Shown here piece after piece: positions 1 through 9,687 of a stretch of 64,000 nt of DNA; positions within the stretch are counted from its first letter, which is position 1, and each line of letters starts with the position of its first letter. The position numbers and the translations under genes are program-made. The stretch lies in contig CAWGFO010000012.1 in assembly GCA_963821925.1 (NCBI GenBank), forward strand, positions 4,123 to 68,122. Direction: 5' to 3'. The DNA comes from an uncultured Actinomycetes bacterium (GTDB lineage Bacteria; Actinomycetota; UBA4738; HRBIN12). The notes below the pieces were generated by a model. The model had not been told where the DNA came from. It saw only the letters and a list, made by a program, of their open reading frames with translations, and did no database searches.

Positions 1-1953
1 CGCTTCGCGGCGCCGTCCCGCATCGCCACGAAGCGCCGCCCGATCGCGGTGTCCTCGACCGATCCCCAGACCTTCTCGTAGAGCCGCGGCACCGAGAAGA
101 ACACGGTCGGGCGGACCGAACGGAGGGCGTCGGGCACCCCGCGGATCTCCTCGACGAACGCGACCTCGACCGGCGCCGGCATCGCGTACGGGCCCGTAGG
201 TGCCCATGATCCCCTCGACCACGTGGTTCATCGGGAGGAACGACACGTACACGACCGGCTTCGTGCGCGCCCGCCAGGGCACCAACGACGCGATCGTCTC
301 GGCCATCCACACGAGTTGCCCGTGGGTGAACGCGACGCCCTTCGGGAACCCGGTCGTCCCGGACGTGTAGCGCAGCGTCGCGATGTCGTCGAGATCGACG
401 GGTGCCCGGTCGATCTCCGGCGCGTCCTCGCGATCGGCGGTCAGGTCGTCCCAGCCGAGGACCCCCGCGGGCGGCGCACCCCGGCAGAACGACGCGGTCG
501 GCAGGGATCTCGCGACGGGACCGCGGGCGTCGAGGATCCGTGGCGATCCGACCAGCAGCGCCTCCGCACGACTCGCTTTAAGGATCGCGTCGATCTCGTC
601 GGGTGGCGTCGTGGCGTACAGCGGCACGGACACCGCACCGAGGAGACCCACCGCGATCTCGAGCGTGACGTACCGCGTTCCGTTCGGTCCGACGATCGCG
701 ACGTGCGTCCCGCGGCCGACGCCGACCCCGCGGAGGCACCTCGCGGCGGCGAGCACGTCGGCCCGCACGTCGGCCGACGACCGTGGGTGCCGTCGGCCGT
801 CGACGATGTCGAGGTAGCGGACCGGGAGCCGCCGGCTCCGGAGCCGGAACATCGCCTGCTCGTGCACGGTCCGTCCGGAACGGTGCAGGAATCCTCGCGC
901 TACCGCGAACCGGAGCAGGGCGGGCAGGTACGACTGCCAACGTGGCTCGTACGGTCCGAGCAGCCGATCCGCGTGGTCGCGCCGGAACGTGCGCCGTTCA
1001 TGGAGGTACGGCATAAGGATGCGGAGACGGGTCGCCGAACGGGGCAACGGCACGCGAGGCAGCGGGAGCATGATCGGCCGAGGGAGCCGTACCCCGAGCT
1101 CCGTCCGCGCCCACGAGCGGACCGTACGCATGACCTCGCCCGCGGTCGGCAGCGATGCCCGCGGCGCCGTCAGATGCACGGTGCGTCCCTCGGCGCGCGG
1201 GTCGTCGAGCAGCCTCACGACCGCATCGGCGACGTAGTCGACCGGCACGATGTTCACCCGCAGTCGGGGGCTCACGGGCACGACATGCGGGCGCTGCGCG
1301 AGGTAGTGGCGAAGCGGCAGGTAGAAGGTGTTGAACGTCGTGATCTCGCCGGTTCGCGAGTCGCCGACGATCATGGCCGGGCGCACCACGGTGACCGGGA
1401 GGGCGGCCATCTCCTCGCGCACGAGCCGTTCCGCCTCGTACTTCGTCCGCTCGTAGTCGTTCTCGAAGCCGAACCGGTCGCTGAGGTCGTCCTCGCCGAC
1501 CTCGCCGCGGCGGCGGCCGGCCACGTACGCCGTCGAGACGTGGAGCAGCCGCTCGAGCCCGTGATCCGCGTGAACCGCTCGAGCGAGCGCGAGCGCGTTC
1601 GCCGTTCCCCCCACGTTCGTCCGGCGCAGGTCCTCGAGCGATGCGTCGAAGCGGACGGTCGCGGCCGCGTGCACGATGTGCGTGAGCCGGCCGACGAGCG
1701 CCGCGTAGGCGTCCGGCGCGAGCCCGAACGACGGATGCGTCACATCGCCCGCCACGATCTCGACCCGGCCTCCGATCGCGTCGGGAAGCTGCCCACGGCC
1801 GTACCAGGCCCGGCGTGCCTCCCGGAGCGCCGCATCGTCGGTCGCGGCCTGCACCAGGCAGACGAGCGTCAGGTCGCGCCGATCGAGGAGGCGGACGGCG
1901 ATCTCGGTCCCGACGAACCCGGTCGCACCCGTCAGCAGGACTACGCTGCCCAT
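1..1953 (-). CDS. Fusion of N-terminal fatty acyl-CoA reductase-like SDR (NAD_binding_4) and AMP-binding (long-chain acyl-CoA synthetase) domain; runs off window edge; apparent frameshift near 190
   Basis: Not in ORF track (no stop before the edge). Manual translation from ATG 1953 gives MGSVVLLTGATGFVG...HAAATVRF...HVSTAYV...YERTK...RPAMIVG, then in the same frame YTSGTTGFPKGV and SFLPMNHV. VRPTVFFSVPRLYEKVW follows in a shifted frame after about 190. Confidence 0.85.
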   Translation of the reverse strand, partial: MGSVVLLTGATGFVGTEIAVRLLDRRDLTLVCLVQAATDDAALREARRAWYGRGQLPDAIGGRVEIVAGDVTHPSFGLAPDAYAALVGRLTHIVHAAATVRFDASLEDLRRTNVGGTANALALARAVHADHGLERLLHVSTAYVAGRRRGEVGEDDLSDRFGFENDYERTKYEAERLVREEMAALPVTVVRPAMIVGDSRTGEITTFNTFYLPLRHYLAQRPHVVPVSPRLRVNIVPVDYVADAVVRLLDDPRAEGRTVHLTAPRASLPTAGEVMRTVRSWARTELGVRLPRPIMLPLPRVPLPRSATRLRILMPYLHERRTFRRDHADRLLGPYEPRWQSYLPALLRFAVARGFLHRSGRTVHEQAMFRLRSRRLPVRYLDIVDGRRHPRSSADVRADVLAAARCLRGVGVGRGTHVAIVGPNGTRYVTLEIAVGLLGAVSVPLYATTPPDEIDAILKASRAEALLVGSPRILDARGPVARSLPTASFCRGAPPAGVLGWDDLTADREDAPEIDRAPVDLDDIATLRYTSGTTGFPKGVAFTHGQLVWMAETIASLVPWRARTKPVVYVSFLPMNHVVEGIMGTYGPVRDAGAGRGRVRRGDPRGARRPPFGPPDRVLLGAAALREGLGIGRGHRDRAALRGDAGRRREA

Positions 1954-3212
1954 GGCACGGACCCCCATCCGTGCGCGTTCGCGAACCCGAGGAGCAGCTC
2001 CCGGTTCCGCCGGGCATCGCGGAGATGTCGTCGGTAGCCGGCGAGCAGGATCTTCGAGACGTCGCCGGGAGCCGTGAGCACCTCGTCCATCCGCGCCGAC
2101 GCGACCGCCAGCATCTCGTCGAGATCGCCCGGGTGGCTCGCGAGGTCCCCGCCCGCCTCCGCCGCGACGAACTGGTGTCCGATCCCGAGTTCCTCGTACA
2201 ACGTGCGGAGCCGGAGGTCGTGGCCGACCGCCACCTGGGGCACGCCCGCGGCCAGCGAGAGGACCGAGGCGTGGTACCGGGACGTCAGCATCCCGCCGAG
2301 GCGGCGCAACAGCACGGTCATCTTCGACGCGTCGAGGTCGTGTGAGGAGAAGATCCGCGCGCGGTCCGGGTGCTGCATGCGGGCGTGGATCGCTCCCGCG
2401 ATCGCCCCGTCCAGCTCCTCCATGCAGATCAGCGCGACCGACCGACCGCGCTCCGACACGATGCGGTCGGCGATCTGCGCGTACCCGTCGGCGAGGCGCG
2501 ACGAGGCGCGGGTGCGGGCCGGTGAGCGGCTGAACGAGTACGGCCACCGGTATCGGTCGGCGCGGCGGCTGAACGGGCGGATCACCACCGGCCACAGGAA
2601 CAGATCGACCGCCGCGATCCCGATCGGCGCCGGACCGGCGTCGGGCCAGGCATCCCGGAGCCAGTCCACGTCTCTCGGCTCGGGCTCGAACGTGAACGCG
2701 TTGTCCGCGGTGGACTCGATCGGCGCGGTGACACCCCACGACCGCAGACGTTCGGCGGCCGCCGCGGACCGCACGACGATCAGGTCCGTCCGGCTGGCCT
2801 CTCGACGGACGAAGCGCTGGTTCCGCGGCCGGAGTTGGCCGGCGTCGACGGCGTAGGCCAGGCACGGTGTGTCGTCCACGGCCGCACACCGCGTGGCCCA
2901 CAGGAAGTACCAGAGCAGCGCGGACGTCCAGGTGTCCATGTAGGCGCTGCCCTCGACGAGGATCACGAGGTCGTGCTCGCGCACGAGCCGGCGAACCGTG
3001 AGCGGGAAGATGGTGGGCAGGTGCTCGACCCGCACGCCCGGGATGCCGCCGACGTACCGGTGGAGGTTCGCCGGGTCCAATGCCGGGATCGTGATCCGCG
3101 CGCGGGGTCCGAACACGTCGCGGACATCCGCGATGTCGGAGAGGAGCAGCGCCTCCGCCCCCGTATTGTTCGCGCCGTTGTAGCCGATCAGCAGGATGCG
3201 AGGATCGACCAT
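1941..3212 (-). CDS. Polysaccharide pyruvyl transferase family protein (CsaB/WcaK-like)
   Basis: GYNGANNTGAEALL N-terminal motif, ADNAF, SRYHA; ATG at 3212 after an AAGGGGG SD; 3' end overlaps the start of the downstream gene. Confidence 0.8.
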   Translation of the reverse strand: MVDPRILLIGYNGANNTGAEALLLSDIADVRDVFGPRARITIPALDPANLHRYVGGIPGVRVEHLPTIFPLTVRRLVREHDLVILVEGSAYMDTWTSALLWYFLWATRCAAVDDTPCLAYAVDAGQLRPRNQRFVRREASRTDLIVVRSAAAAERLRSWGVTAPIESTADNAFTFEPEPRDVDWLRDAWPDAGPAPIGIAAVDLFLWPVVIRPFSRRADRYRWPYSFSRSPARTRASSRLADGYAQIADRIVSERGRSVALICMEELDGAIAGAIHARMQHPDRARIFSSHDLDASKMTVLLRRLGGMLTSRYHASVLSLAAGVPQVAVGHDLRLRTLYEELGIGHQFVAAEAGGDLASHPGDLDEMLAVASARMDEVLTAPGDVSKILLAGYRRHLRDARRNRELLLGFANAHGWGSVPWAA

Positions 3213-3376
3213 CGCAGCCCCCTTCGTCGTCACGGTGTCAGACGCGGCGCACCGCGTGGCGTGCCGATGGCCCCGGGTCCACAGGGACTTCCGCCGTCGC
3301 TCGGTCAGAGCCCTTGTTGCCCAAGCCGACACGCCGGAGGCCGGCGTCCCGCACACGCTCGTGAGACGATCGACCG

Positions 3377-4279
3377 ATGCGGCGGATACTGGTCGGCACC
3401 CCGGACGGACTCATGACGATCGACGACGGGGGTTCCGTCGGACCCGTCCAGCTCCCCGGCCGGTCCGTCGCCGCCGTCGTCCGCGACGGACCCGAGCTCT
3501 GGGCGATCGTGGATCGATCCGAGGTCTGGCACGCGCCGGAGGCCGACTGGCGCCGGGTGGCGACGCTCGAGGGCCATGAGGCCACGTGCATCGCCATGAC
3601 CGACGCGCTCCACGTGGGCTCGTCCGAGGCGCGGTTGTTCCGGCTCTCCGACGGCTCGCTCGAGCCCGTGGTCGCGTTCGACGATGCGGAGGGCCGCTCG
3701 GACTGGTACACGCCCTGGGGAGGACCTCCCGCCACCCGATCGATCTCCGAGTGGGGCGACGACGTCTACGTGAACGTGCACGTCGGGGGGATCCTCCACA
3801 CCGGTGACCACGGCCGCGCCTGGAACCCGACGATCGACATCGACGCCGACGTCCACCAGGTCGCGACCACGAGGACGCTGGTGCTCGCTGCCTGTGCCGG
3901 CGGGCTCGCGACGAGCGTGGACCGCGGCACGACCTGGACGATGCGGAGCGACGGTCTCGAGGCCCCGTATTCGCGTGCCGTGGTCGTCTGCGGCGACACG
4001 GTTCTCATCTCCGCCTCGGACGGCCCGCGCGGGGGTCGCGCAGCCGTGTACCGGGGCGAGCTCGCCGCCGGTCCGTTCGAGCGCTGCACGGCCGGCCTTC
4101 CCGGATGGTTCGACGACAACATCGACACCTTCCACCTGGATGCCCTGAACGACGGGTCGTTCGCCGCGTTCAGCACCTCCGACGGCCGCCTGTTCGGTTC
4201 GGAGGACGCCGGATCGACCTGGCACGAGCTCGCATCCGATCTCGGGGCGGTCCAGCACATCCTCGTGCTGCCCGACTGA
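3377..4279 (+). CDS. BNR/Asp-box beta-propeller (WD40/YVTN-like) protein
   Basis: Repeated S/T-x-D-x-G-x-x-W boxes (TGDHGRAW, SVDRGTTW, SEDAGSTW); no signal peptide. Confidence 0.75.
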   Translation: MRRILVGTPDGLMTIDDGGSVGPVQLPGRSVAAVVRDGPELWAIVDRSEVWHAPEADWRRVATLEGHEATCIAMTDALHVGSSEARLFRLSDGSLEPVVAFDDAEGRSDWYTPWGGPPATRSISEWGDDVYVNVHVGGILHTGDHGRAWNPTIDIDADVHQVATTRTLVLAACAGGLATSVDRGTTWTMRSDGLEAPYSRAVVVCGDTVLISASDGPRGGRAAVYRGELAAGPFERCTAGLPGWFDDNIDTFHLDALNDGSFAAFSTSDGRLFGSEDAGSTWHELASDLGAVQHILVLPD

Positions 4280-4286
4280 GTCAGGC

Positions 4287-5510
4287 TCAGAAGACGAAGC
4301 CGAACCACGGCGAGGGGTCGCCGTTGAACATCGCATCGGCCCGCGCGAGCGCGTCGGGCACGAGTTCCCGCGCTTGCTGCGCCCGGGCGAGCTGCCGGAA
4401 CGAGGAGCCGCCCAGGTAGGTGGCGCCGAGCGCCTCGACGCCGCACGAGATCTCCGGCTCGAGGTCGGTCCGCTCGCATCTCCCCTCGCCGTCACGTACT
4501 TCGAGCTCGTAGCGGCCCGACGTCGCGGGCCGGAACGCGTCATGCACCTCGAAGACGATGCGGCCGTCGTGCCCGTAGCCGCGGGCCGCGAACGCGGCGG
4601 GGAGGTCGATCAGGCGCACCCAGAGCCCGTCGGCCAGCATCGCGCTCAGGCGTCGCGGCTCGGCCGCGATCAACAGCAGCTCCTCGTCGATCGGCCGGTC
4701 CCAGGCCTTCACGGTGGCCACGAGATCCACGTCCAGCAGGTACCGCCAGAGCGTCGCGGTCGCGACGGGGTTCGCGCACAGGAGCTGGCGCACCTCCAGC
4801 TCGCCGCGGGGCACGCTGTGCACCCACTCGTGCTTGACCCGGTAGACGGCGTAGCCGTCGATCGTGCCGTCCTCGTCCTCGTGCATCGCGTAGAACGTCG
4901 GCGTCTCGCGGTCCTTCTCGCGCTCGGTGAAGAGCCACGCCCACCAGCGATCGTCGATCGCGATCATGCCCGGCCGCATCGCCGCGACCCGTTCGTGGAC
5001 GGGACGCATCGCCGCGAGCGCCTCCTCCCGCGTCAGCAGACGGATGCGCCCGCCGAGCTCGACCTCGCGAACGAACCCGCCGTGGTCCGTCGGCACCTCG
5101 AGCTCGGTGCACATCGACGCCAGGCCGTAGCCGAAGCGAGGGTAGATCGGCGACTCCGACGCCCACAGGTAGGCGAGCGGCTCTCCCCGCTCGGCCGACT
5201 GATCGAGCAGCGTGCCCATCAGCGCCGTGTTGATGCCCCGGCGGCGGTGGGAGGGGCGCACGCCCACGGCCGTGATGCCGGCGGCCGGCACCGACCGCGG
5301 GCCGGGCACGGTCAGCATCGTCGAGCACGCCGCGGCGGTCCCGACGAACTCGTCGCCGTCGAGCGCGACGAACCACCGGTCGGGCTCGGCGATCAGTCGG
5401 TCCCGCTCGACGTCCTCGTCACGCGTGACCTCGTGGAAGGCGAGGTCGGTCGCCGCCAGGTATCGATGCAACTCCTCGGGCGCGATCGATCGGATCGTGA
5501 CGTCCACCAT
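4287..5510 (-). CDS. Eis-family GNAT acetyltransferase with C-terminal SCP2-like domain
   Basis: VGVRPSHRRRG acetyl-CoA motif, ASESPIYPRFGYG, LWVRLID, C-terminal aromatic residue (..FVF). Confidence 0.9.
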   Translation of the reverse strand: MVDVTIRSIAPEELHRYLAATDLAFHEVTRDEDVERDRLIAEPDRWFVALDGDEFVGTAAACSTMLTVPGPRSVPAAGITAVGVRPSHRRRGINTALMGTLLDQSAERGEPLAYLWASESPIYPRFGYGLASMCTELEVPTDHGGFVREVELGGRIRLLTREEALAAMRPVHERVAAMRPGMIAIDDRWWAWLFTEREKDRETPTFYAMHEDEDGTIDGYAVYRVKHEWVHSVPRGELEVRQLLCANPVATATLWRYLLDVDLVATVKAWDRPIDEELLLIAAEPRRLSAMLADGLWVRLIDLPAAFAARGYGHDGRIVFEVHDAFRPATSGRYELEVRDGEGRCERTDLEPEISCGVEALGATYLGGSSFRQLARAQQARELVPDALARADAMFNGDPSPWFGFVF

Positions 5511-5574
5511 GCCGGGCAGCCTACCGAAGGCTCGTCGGGCGCACCGCGTCGGAGGCCGAGCATAGGATGGGCAT

Positions 5575-5823
5575 ATGCGAGGCGATCGCGTCGAGGTGAC
5601 GATGGACGTCGGCGACGGCGTGAGGATCTACGAGATCGCCGCGACCCGCGCCGGCCGGCGCGTGGAGATCACGACGGGACGGACGATCGTCGAGGTCGTC
5701 GAGGTCACCCGGGGCGGCACGCCGGTCCGGACCGCGCGGTTCATGGCCAGTCGGCTGGTGGCGCTCGTCGAGCACCCCGCCGAACGGGGCGGCCCAGCCG
5801 GCCTCACGCGACCACGCGATTGA
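5575..5823 (+). CDS. Small hypothetical protein (82 aa)
   Basis: GC3-biased frame; TAGGAT -10 box 6 nt upstream of ATG. Confidence 0.65.
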   Translation: MRGDRVEVTMDVGDGVRIYEIAATRAGRRVEITTGRTIVEVVEVTRGGTPVRTARFMASRLVALVEHPAERGGPAGLTRPRD

Positions 5824-6955
5824 CGACGAGCGCGTCGCTCGAGGGCAACCACGAGACGTCGTCGACCGCGGTGGCGACCTCCACGCCGAGATCGATCCGC
5901 TCGCCCGTCTCGAGATCGAGGACCACGACCGACAGGATCGGCATGTCCCGCGCCGCCGGCTTCGGGTCCCAGACGTCGACGGCGACCTCACGATGCCCCC
6001 GGTAGACCAAGAACGCGATCTTCGTCCCGTCGGGAGACCACACCGGTGCCCAGCCGTCCTCGCCTCCAGGCAGCGGACGCGTCTCATGAGACCCGGGGTC
6101 GAGGGTCCAGAGGTGGACGTCGTGCGAGAAGACGATGCGACCGTCGGGCGCGACCGAGGGGGCACGATCCGAGGCGGCGTTCCGGGTGAGGCGCACGGCC
6201 TGCCCGCCGTCGGCGGGCGCGCTCCAGATCTCACTCGTCATCGAGACCAGGTCCCCGTTCACCGGCTCCCGCCCGCTGTTGTCGAACAGGATCCTCGATC
6301 CGTCGGGCGACCATGTCGGGTTCCCGTCTTCGGTGGTGTCGGACGTGATCCGCTCCGGGTTCGTATCAGGCCCCCGGTTGCCCGGCGCCTCGGCGACGAA
6401 GATCTCGGCCGACCCACTCCGGCCCGAGACGAACGCGACCCGCGAGCCGTCCGGGGACCAGGCCGGCTGGCTCACGGGGGATCGTGAGTTGATCGTCAGG
6501 AACCGCGCGTGCTGCCCGTCGAGGCCGATAGCAGCGATCCGGTTCCCGGGACCACACCCTCCGCAGAAGCCGACGGTCGGATCCGCCGTCACGTACGCGA
6601 TCGTGCGACCGTCCGGAGAGATCGCCAACCCGTGAGCGTCGTCCGGGAGGTCGACCGGCAGGTCCTCTACCGAACCGTCCAACCCCACGATCGAGGGCTG
6701 GAAACGCTTCGGCACGACGACCGCGCCCGACGGCTGGGGCGACGTCCCGAGCGGCGCGGTCGGATCCGGCGACGGGTCGCTCAACGAGATGACGATGACG
6801 ATCACCACCGCGGCGGCGACGGCGACGACAGCGAACGCGCCCGCCCTCGCGCGGCGGCGACGCCGGTCCTGCAGCCGGTGCTGCCGTTCCAGCCCGCCCT
6901 GCGGCGGTTCCTTCGTGTCGGTCGCCACGCGGAACACCTCCTCGAGATCAGGCAT
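5804..6955 (-). CDS. Single-pass membrane protein with TolB/PD40 beta-propeller; putative anti-sigma factor
   Basis: Short cytoplasmic N-terminus, Arg-rich stop-transfer segment plus TM helix, multiple WSPDG repeats; overlaps the stop of the ECF sigma gene. Confidence 0.8.
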   Translation of the reverse strand: MPDLEEVFRVATDTKEPPQGGLERQHRLQDRRRRRARAGAFAVVAVAAAVVIVIVISLSDPSPDPTAPLGTSPQPSGAVVVPKRFQPSIVGLDGSVEDLPVDLPDDAHGLAISPDGRTIAYVTADPTVGFCGGCGPGNRIAAIGLDGQHARFLTINSRSPVSQPAWSPDGSRVAFVSGRSGSAEIFVAEAPGNRGPDTNPERITSDTTEDGNPTWSPDGSRILFDNSGREPVNGDLVSMTSEIWSAPADGGQAVRLTRNAASDRAPSVAPDGRIVFSHDVHLWTLDPGSHETRPLPGGEDGWAPVWSPDGTKIAFLVYRGHREVAVDVWDPKPAARDMPILSVVVLDLETGERIDLGVEVATAVDDVSWLPSSDALVVNRVVA

Positions 6956-7478
6956 CGTTCGATCCTTCCGTCGCTCGGAGCGCCTGCCGACCTTGCGTTG
7001 CGAGGGCGCGCACGGTAGACGGGCGAACGCCCAGGATGTGGGCAGCCCGCTCGGACGGATAGCCCAGTAGGTCGACGAGGAGCAACGCCGCCCGCTGACG
7101 GGGCGTCAGGCGCAACAACAACCTGCGGACCTCGACCCGCATGTCCGCGTCGGCGAACGGGTCACGCTCCTCGGTCACGGGGACCGTCCGTCGGGCGGCG
7201 ATCACGGCGCGCCGACGCCGCATCCTCGCGCCGTTCAGCGCGGCGCGGAACAGGTAGCCCTCGGGGTCGTCCATCACGCTCACCTCGTCCCAGCGTTGCC
7301 AGAGCCGCAGGAACGCGTCCTGCGCGAGGTCCTCGGCGGCTCCGGCATCGCCGGTGACGAAGTACAGCGCCTTGAAGAGCCGGCGGTGATGCTCGACGAA
7401 GAACGCGTCGAAGCCCGCCTGCGCCCAGTTCTCGGCCCCCTCGAAGACCGTCGTGGCGATCCCTTCGTCCGATCGCAT
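6948..7478 (-). CDS. ECF-type RNA polymerase sigma-70 factor
   Basis: Region 2 AEDLAQDAFLRLW; region 4 LTPRQRAALLL...ILGVRPSTVR. Confidence 0.9.
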   Translation of the reverse strand: MRSDEGIATTVFEGAENWAQAGFDAFFVEHHRRLFKALYFVTGDAGAAEDLAQDAFLRLWQRWDEVSVMDDPEGYLFRAALNGARMRRRRAVIAARRTVPVTEERDPFADADMRVEVRRLLLRLTPRQRAALLLVDLLGYPSERAAHILGVRPSTVRALATQGRQALRATEGSNDA

Positions 7479-7622
7479 ACCCCTTGAATGCACGGACGTG
7501 GGTTCGCGCTTAGACGGGCCTCCGTGTGGTCTGGCGATCCACGATCCCCCTGGTCACGGCCCGATGATACGGCCACCTCGGGCCCGTCAGCCGATCGGGC
7601 GGCGAGGGAGCATCATGGCCAG

Positions 7623-9269
7623 ATGGCTACGCCTGCCCGAACCGAGGCCCGACCTGCTTGGTCCTTCGCGCTGGCGCTGGCCGTCCCGCTGGCCGGGCTG
7701 GCGCTGCTGCTGGGGTTCCCGTCCCTCGACGCCCAGTGGGAGCACCATCCGTCGCACTTCTGGCTGGTGATCGGGGTCGCGCTCGTGAACGTCGCGTTCG
7801 GCCTGATCGTGAGCGAGGTGTCGCGCCGGAGCGGCGACGAGCGGCTCTTCCTGGTCTCGATGGTGCTCCTGACCAGCGCCGGCTTCCTCGCCTTGCATGC
7901 CCTGGCGACACCTGGGGTGGTGCTGAGCGGGCCGAACGGCGGCTTCGTGCTGGCGACGCCGATCGGACTGCTCCTCGCGTCCGGGTTCGCGGCACTCTCA
8001 GGGATCGAGATGGACGATCGCACCGAGTCGATGTTGCGTCGGTGGCAATCCCCGATGCGGATCGGACTCGTGCTGGTGTTGCTCGTGTGGGCGGCCGCCT
8101 CGCTCGCGGGCGTTCCACCCCTGGACCGGGTGATCGAATCGGAACGAGCGCCGTGGATGCTGGCGCTGCTCCCGCTCGGCGTCGGGGCCTACGCCTTCGC
8201 CGCATGGCGATACCTGGCCATCTACCGGGAGCGCCGACGTCCGCTACCGCTCGCGGTGGCGGTCGCATTCGTGTTCCTCGCCGAGGCGCTGATCGCCATG
8301 GCGTTCGGTCGTGCCTGGCGGGCGTCGTGGTGGGAATGGCACGTGTTGATGGCGGTCGCCTTCGCCACGATCGTGGTCGCCGCGCGGCAGGAGTACCGAC
8401 GCGCACCGTCGCTGTCAGGGACCTTCGGAGGCATCTACCTGCAACGCACGCTGGAACGCCTCGACGATCGCCAGTCATCTGCGCTCGCCGAGCTGGTGAG
8501 GGCCGATACCGACGGCACGCTCGACACGACGGCTGCCGCCTTGCGCGAGCGAGGCTTCACGGCCCACGAGGTCGCGGTCATGACGGACTCGGCGCGTGAG
8601 CTGACTCGCATGGACGGTGTCCTGCGCCAGTACGTCGGTCCGCATCTCGCCGATCGCCTCGGCGCCGACCCCGCGTCGGCCGAGCTGGGGGGAGCGGAGC
8701 AAGAGGTATCGGTGCTCTTCGCGGATCTCTCGGGATTCACGTCGTTCGCCGAGGGCAGATCGGCGACGGAGGTGATCGACATGCTGAACGCCTACTGGGG
8801 CGCGGTGGTTCCGTTCGTCGTCGATCGAGAAGGGGGACTCATCGAGCGCTTCGCCGGCGACGCGATCCTGGCGGTGTTCAACGCGCTGGGCGATCAGCCC
8901 GACCACGCCTCGAGGGCCGTCCGTGCGGCGATCGCGGTCCGGGACCGGTCCGCCGACGCACGGAGATCGGATGACTGGCCGCAGTTCCGCGTCGGGGTGA
9001 ACACGGGGGTCGCGGCGATCGGCAACGTCGGCGCGGGGGCGCAGCGCTCGTTCGCGGTGATCGGCGACACGACCAACGTCGCCGCCCGCTTGCAGGGACT
9101 CTCCGCGCCCGGACACATCACGATCGGCGGTCGCACGCTGGACGAGGCGAACGCGGAGCCGGACGTGATCGTCGACGTCCGACCGCTGGGACCCGCCGAT
9201 CTCAAGGGCAAGACCGAGCTAACGGACGCCTTCGAGCTGTTGTCCATCAGCGCCCCCGACGACGGGTGA
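7623..9269 (+). CDS. Multi-TM class III adenylate/guanylate cyclase
   Basis: About 8 hydrophobic segments, then FADLSGFT, RFAGDA, GDTTNVAARL, LKGK. Confidence 0.9.
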   Translation: MATPARTEARPAWSFALALAVPLAGLALLLGFPSLDAQWEHHPSHFWLVIGVALVNVAFGLIVSEVSRRSGDERLFLVSMVLLTSAGFLALHALATPGVVLSGPNGGFVLATPIGLLLASGFAALSGIEMDDRTESMLRRWQSPMRIGLVLVLLVWAAASLAGVPPLDRVIESERAPWMLALLPLGVGAYAFAAWRYLAIYRERRRPLPLAVAVAFVFLAEALIAMAFGRAWRASWWEWHVLMAVAFATIVVAARQEYRRAPSLSGTFGGIYLQRTLERLDDRQSSALAELVRADTDGTLDTTAAALRERGFTAHEVAVMTDSARELTRMDGVLRQYVGPHLADRLGADPASAELGGAEQEVSVLFADLSGFTSFAEGRSATEVIDMLNAYWGAVVPFVVDREGGLIERFAGDAILAVFNALGDQPDHASRAVRAAIAVRDRSADARRSDDWPQFRVGVNTGVAAIGNVGAGAQRSFAVIGDTTNVAARLQGLSAPGHITIGGRTLDEANAEPDVIVDVRPLGPADLKGKTELTDAFELLSISAPDDG

Positions 9270-9291
9270 ACACGCGTGGGAGCATGGGGAC

Positions 9292-9579
9292 ATGGACAAG
9301 CTGCGGAAACTCATCAAGTGGACGGGGATCGTCCTCGCGGCCGTGGCGATCGTGGAGCAGCTCCAGCGCCCCGCCGACGAGCGCACGTGGGAGGGGACCG
9401 TCGTCGGCTTCGTCCCCTACGACTTCCGTCCGCCGACGGTCGAGCGAGCGCGCAGCCGCTGGTGGAACCCCGACGAGCCCCGGCTCTTCGTCCCGCAGGT
9501 CTTCGGCGTCGGCTGGACGGTCAACGTCGCGCGGTTGATCCGCCTCGCCCGCGACCAGGCCGACGCCGAGGCCGCGTAG
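9292..9579 (+). CDS. DUF5808-like small membrane-associated protein
   Basis: WWNPDEPRLFVPQVFGVGWTVN motif. Confidence 0.75.
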   Translation: MDKLRKLIKWTGIVLAAVAIVEQLQRPADERTWEGTVVGFVPYDFRPPTVERARSRWWNPDEPRLFVPQVFGVGWTVNVARLIRLARDQADAEAA

Positions 9580-9687
9580 CGCCACTCCCGTTCGCGCCTC
9601 GCGCCTACAGGTTCGAGGCCCCGACTGCCGATGCCTCTACCTCAGATCGGGGAGAGGGACATACCTCAGGCCGGGGAGGGCCACGCG

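Noticed and set aside
223-2037. 604-aa plus-strand ORF and other long Arg/Pro-rich ORFs (e.g. 11165-13366, 47448-51281, 48662-51139)
   Set aside because: Antisense or alternative-frame shadows of real genes, caused by the scarcity of stop codons at high GC; no protein motifs
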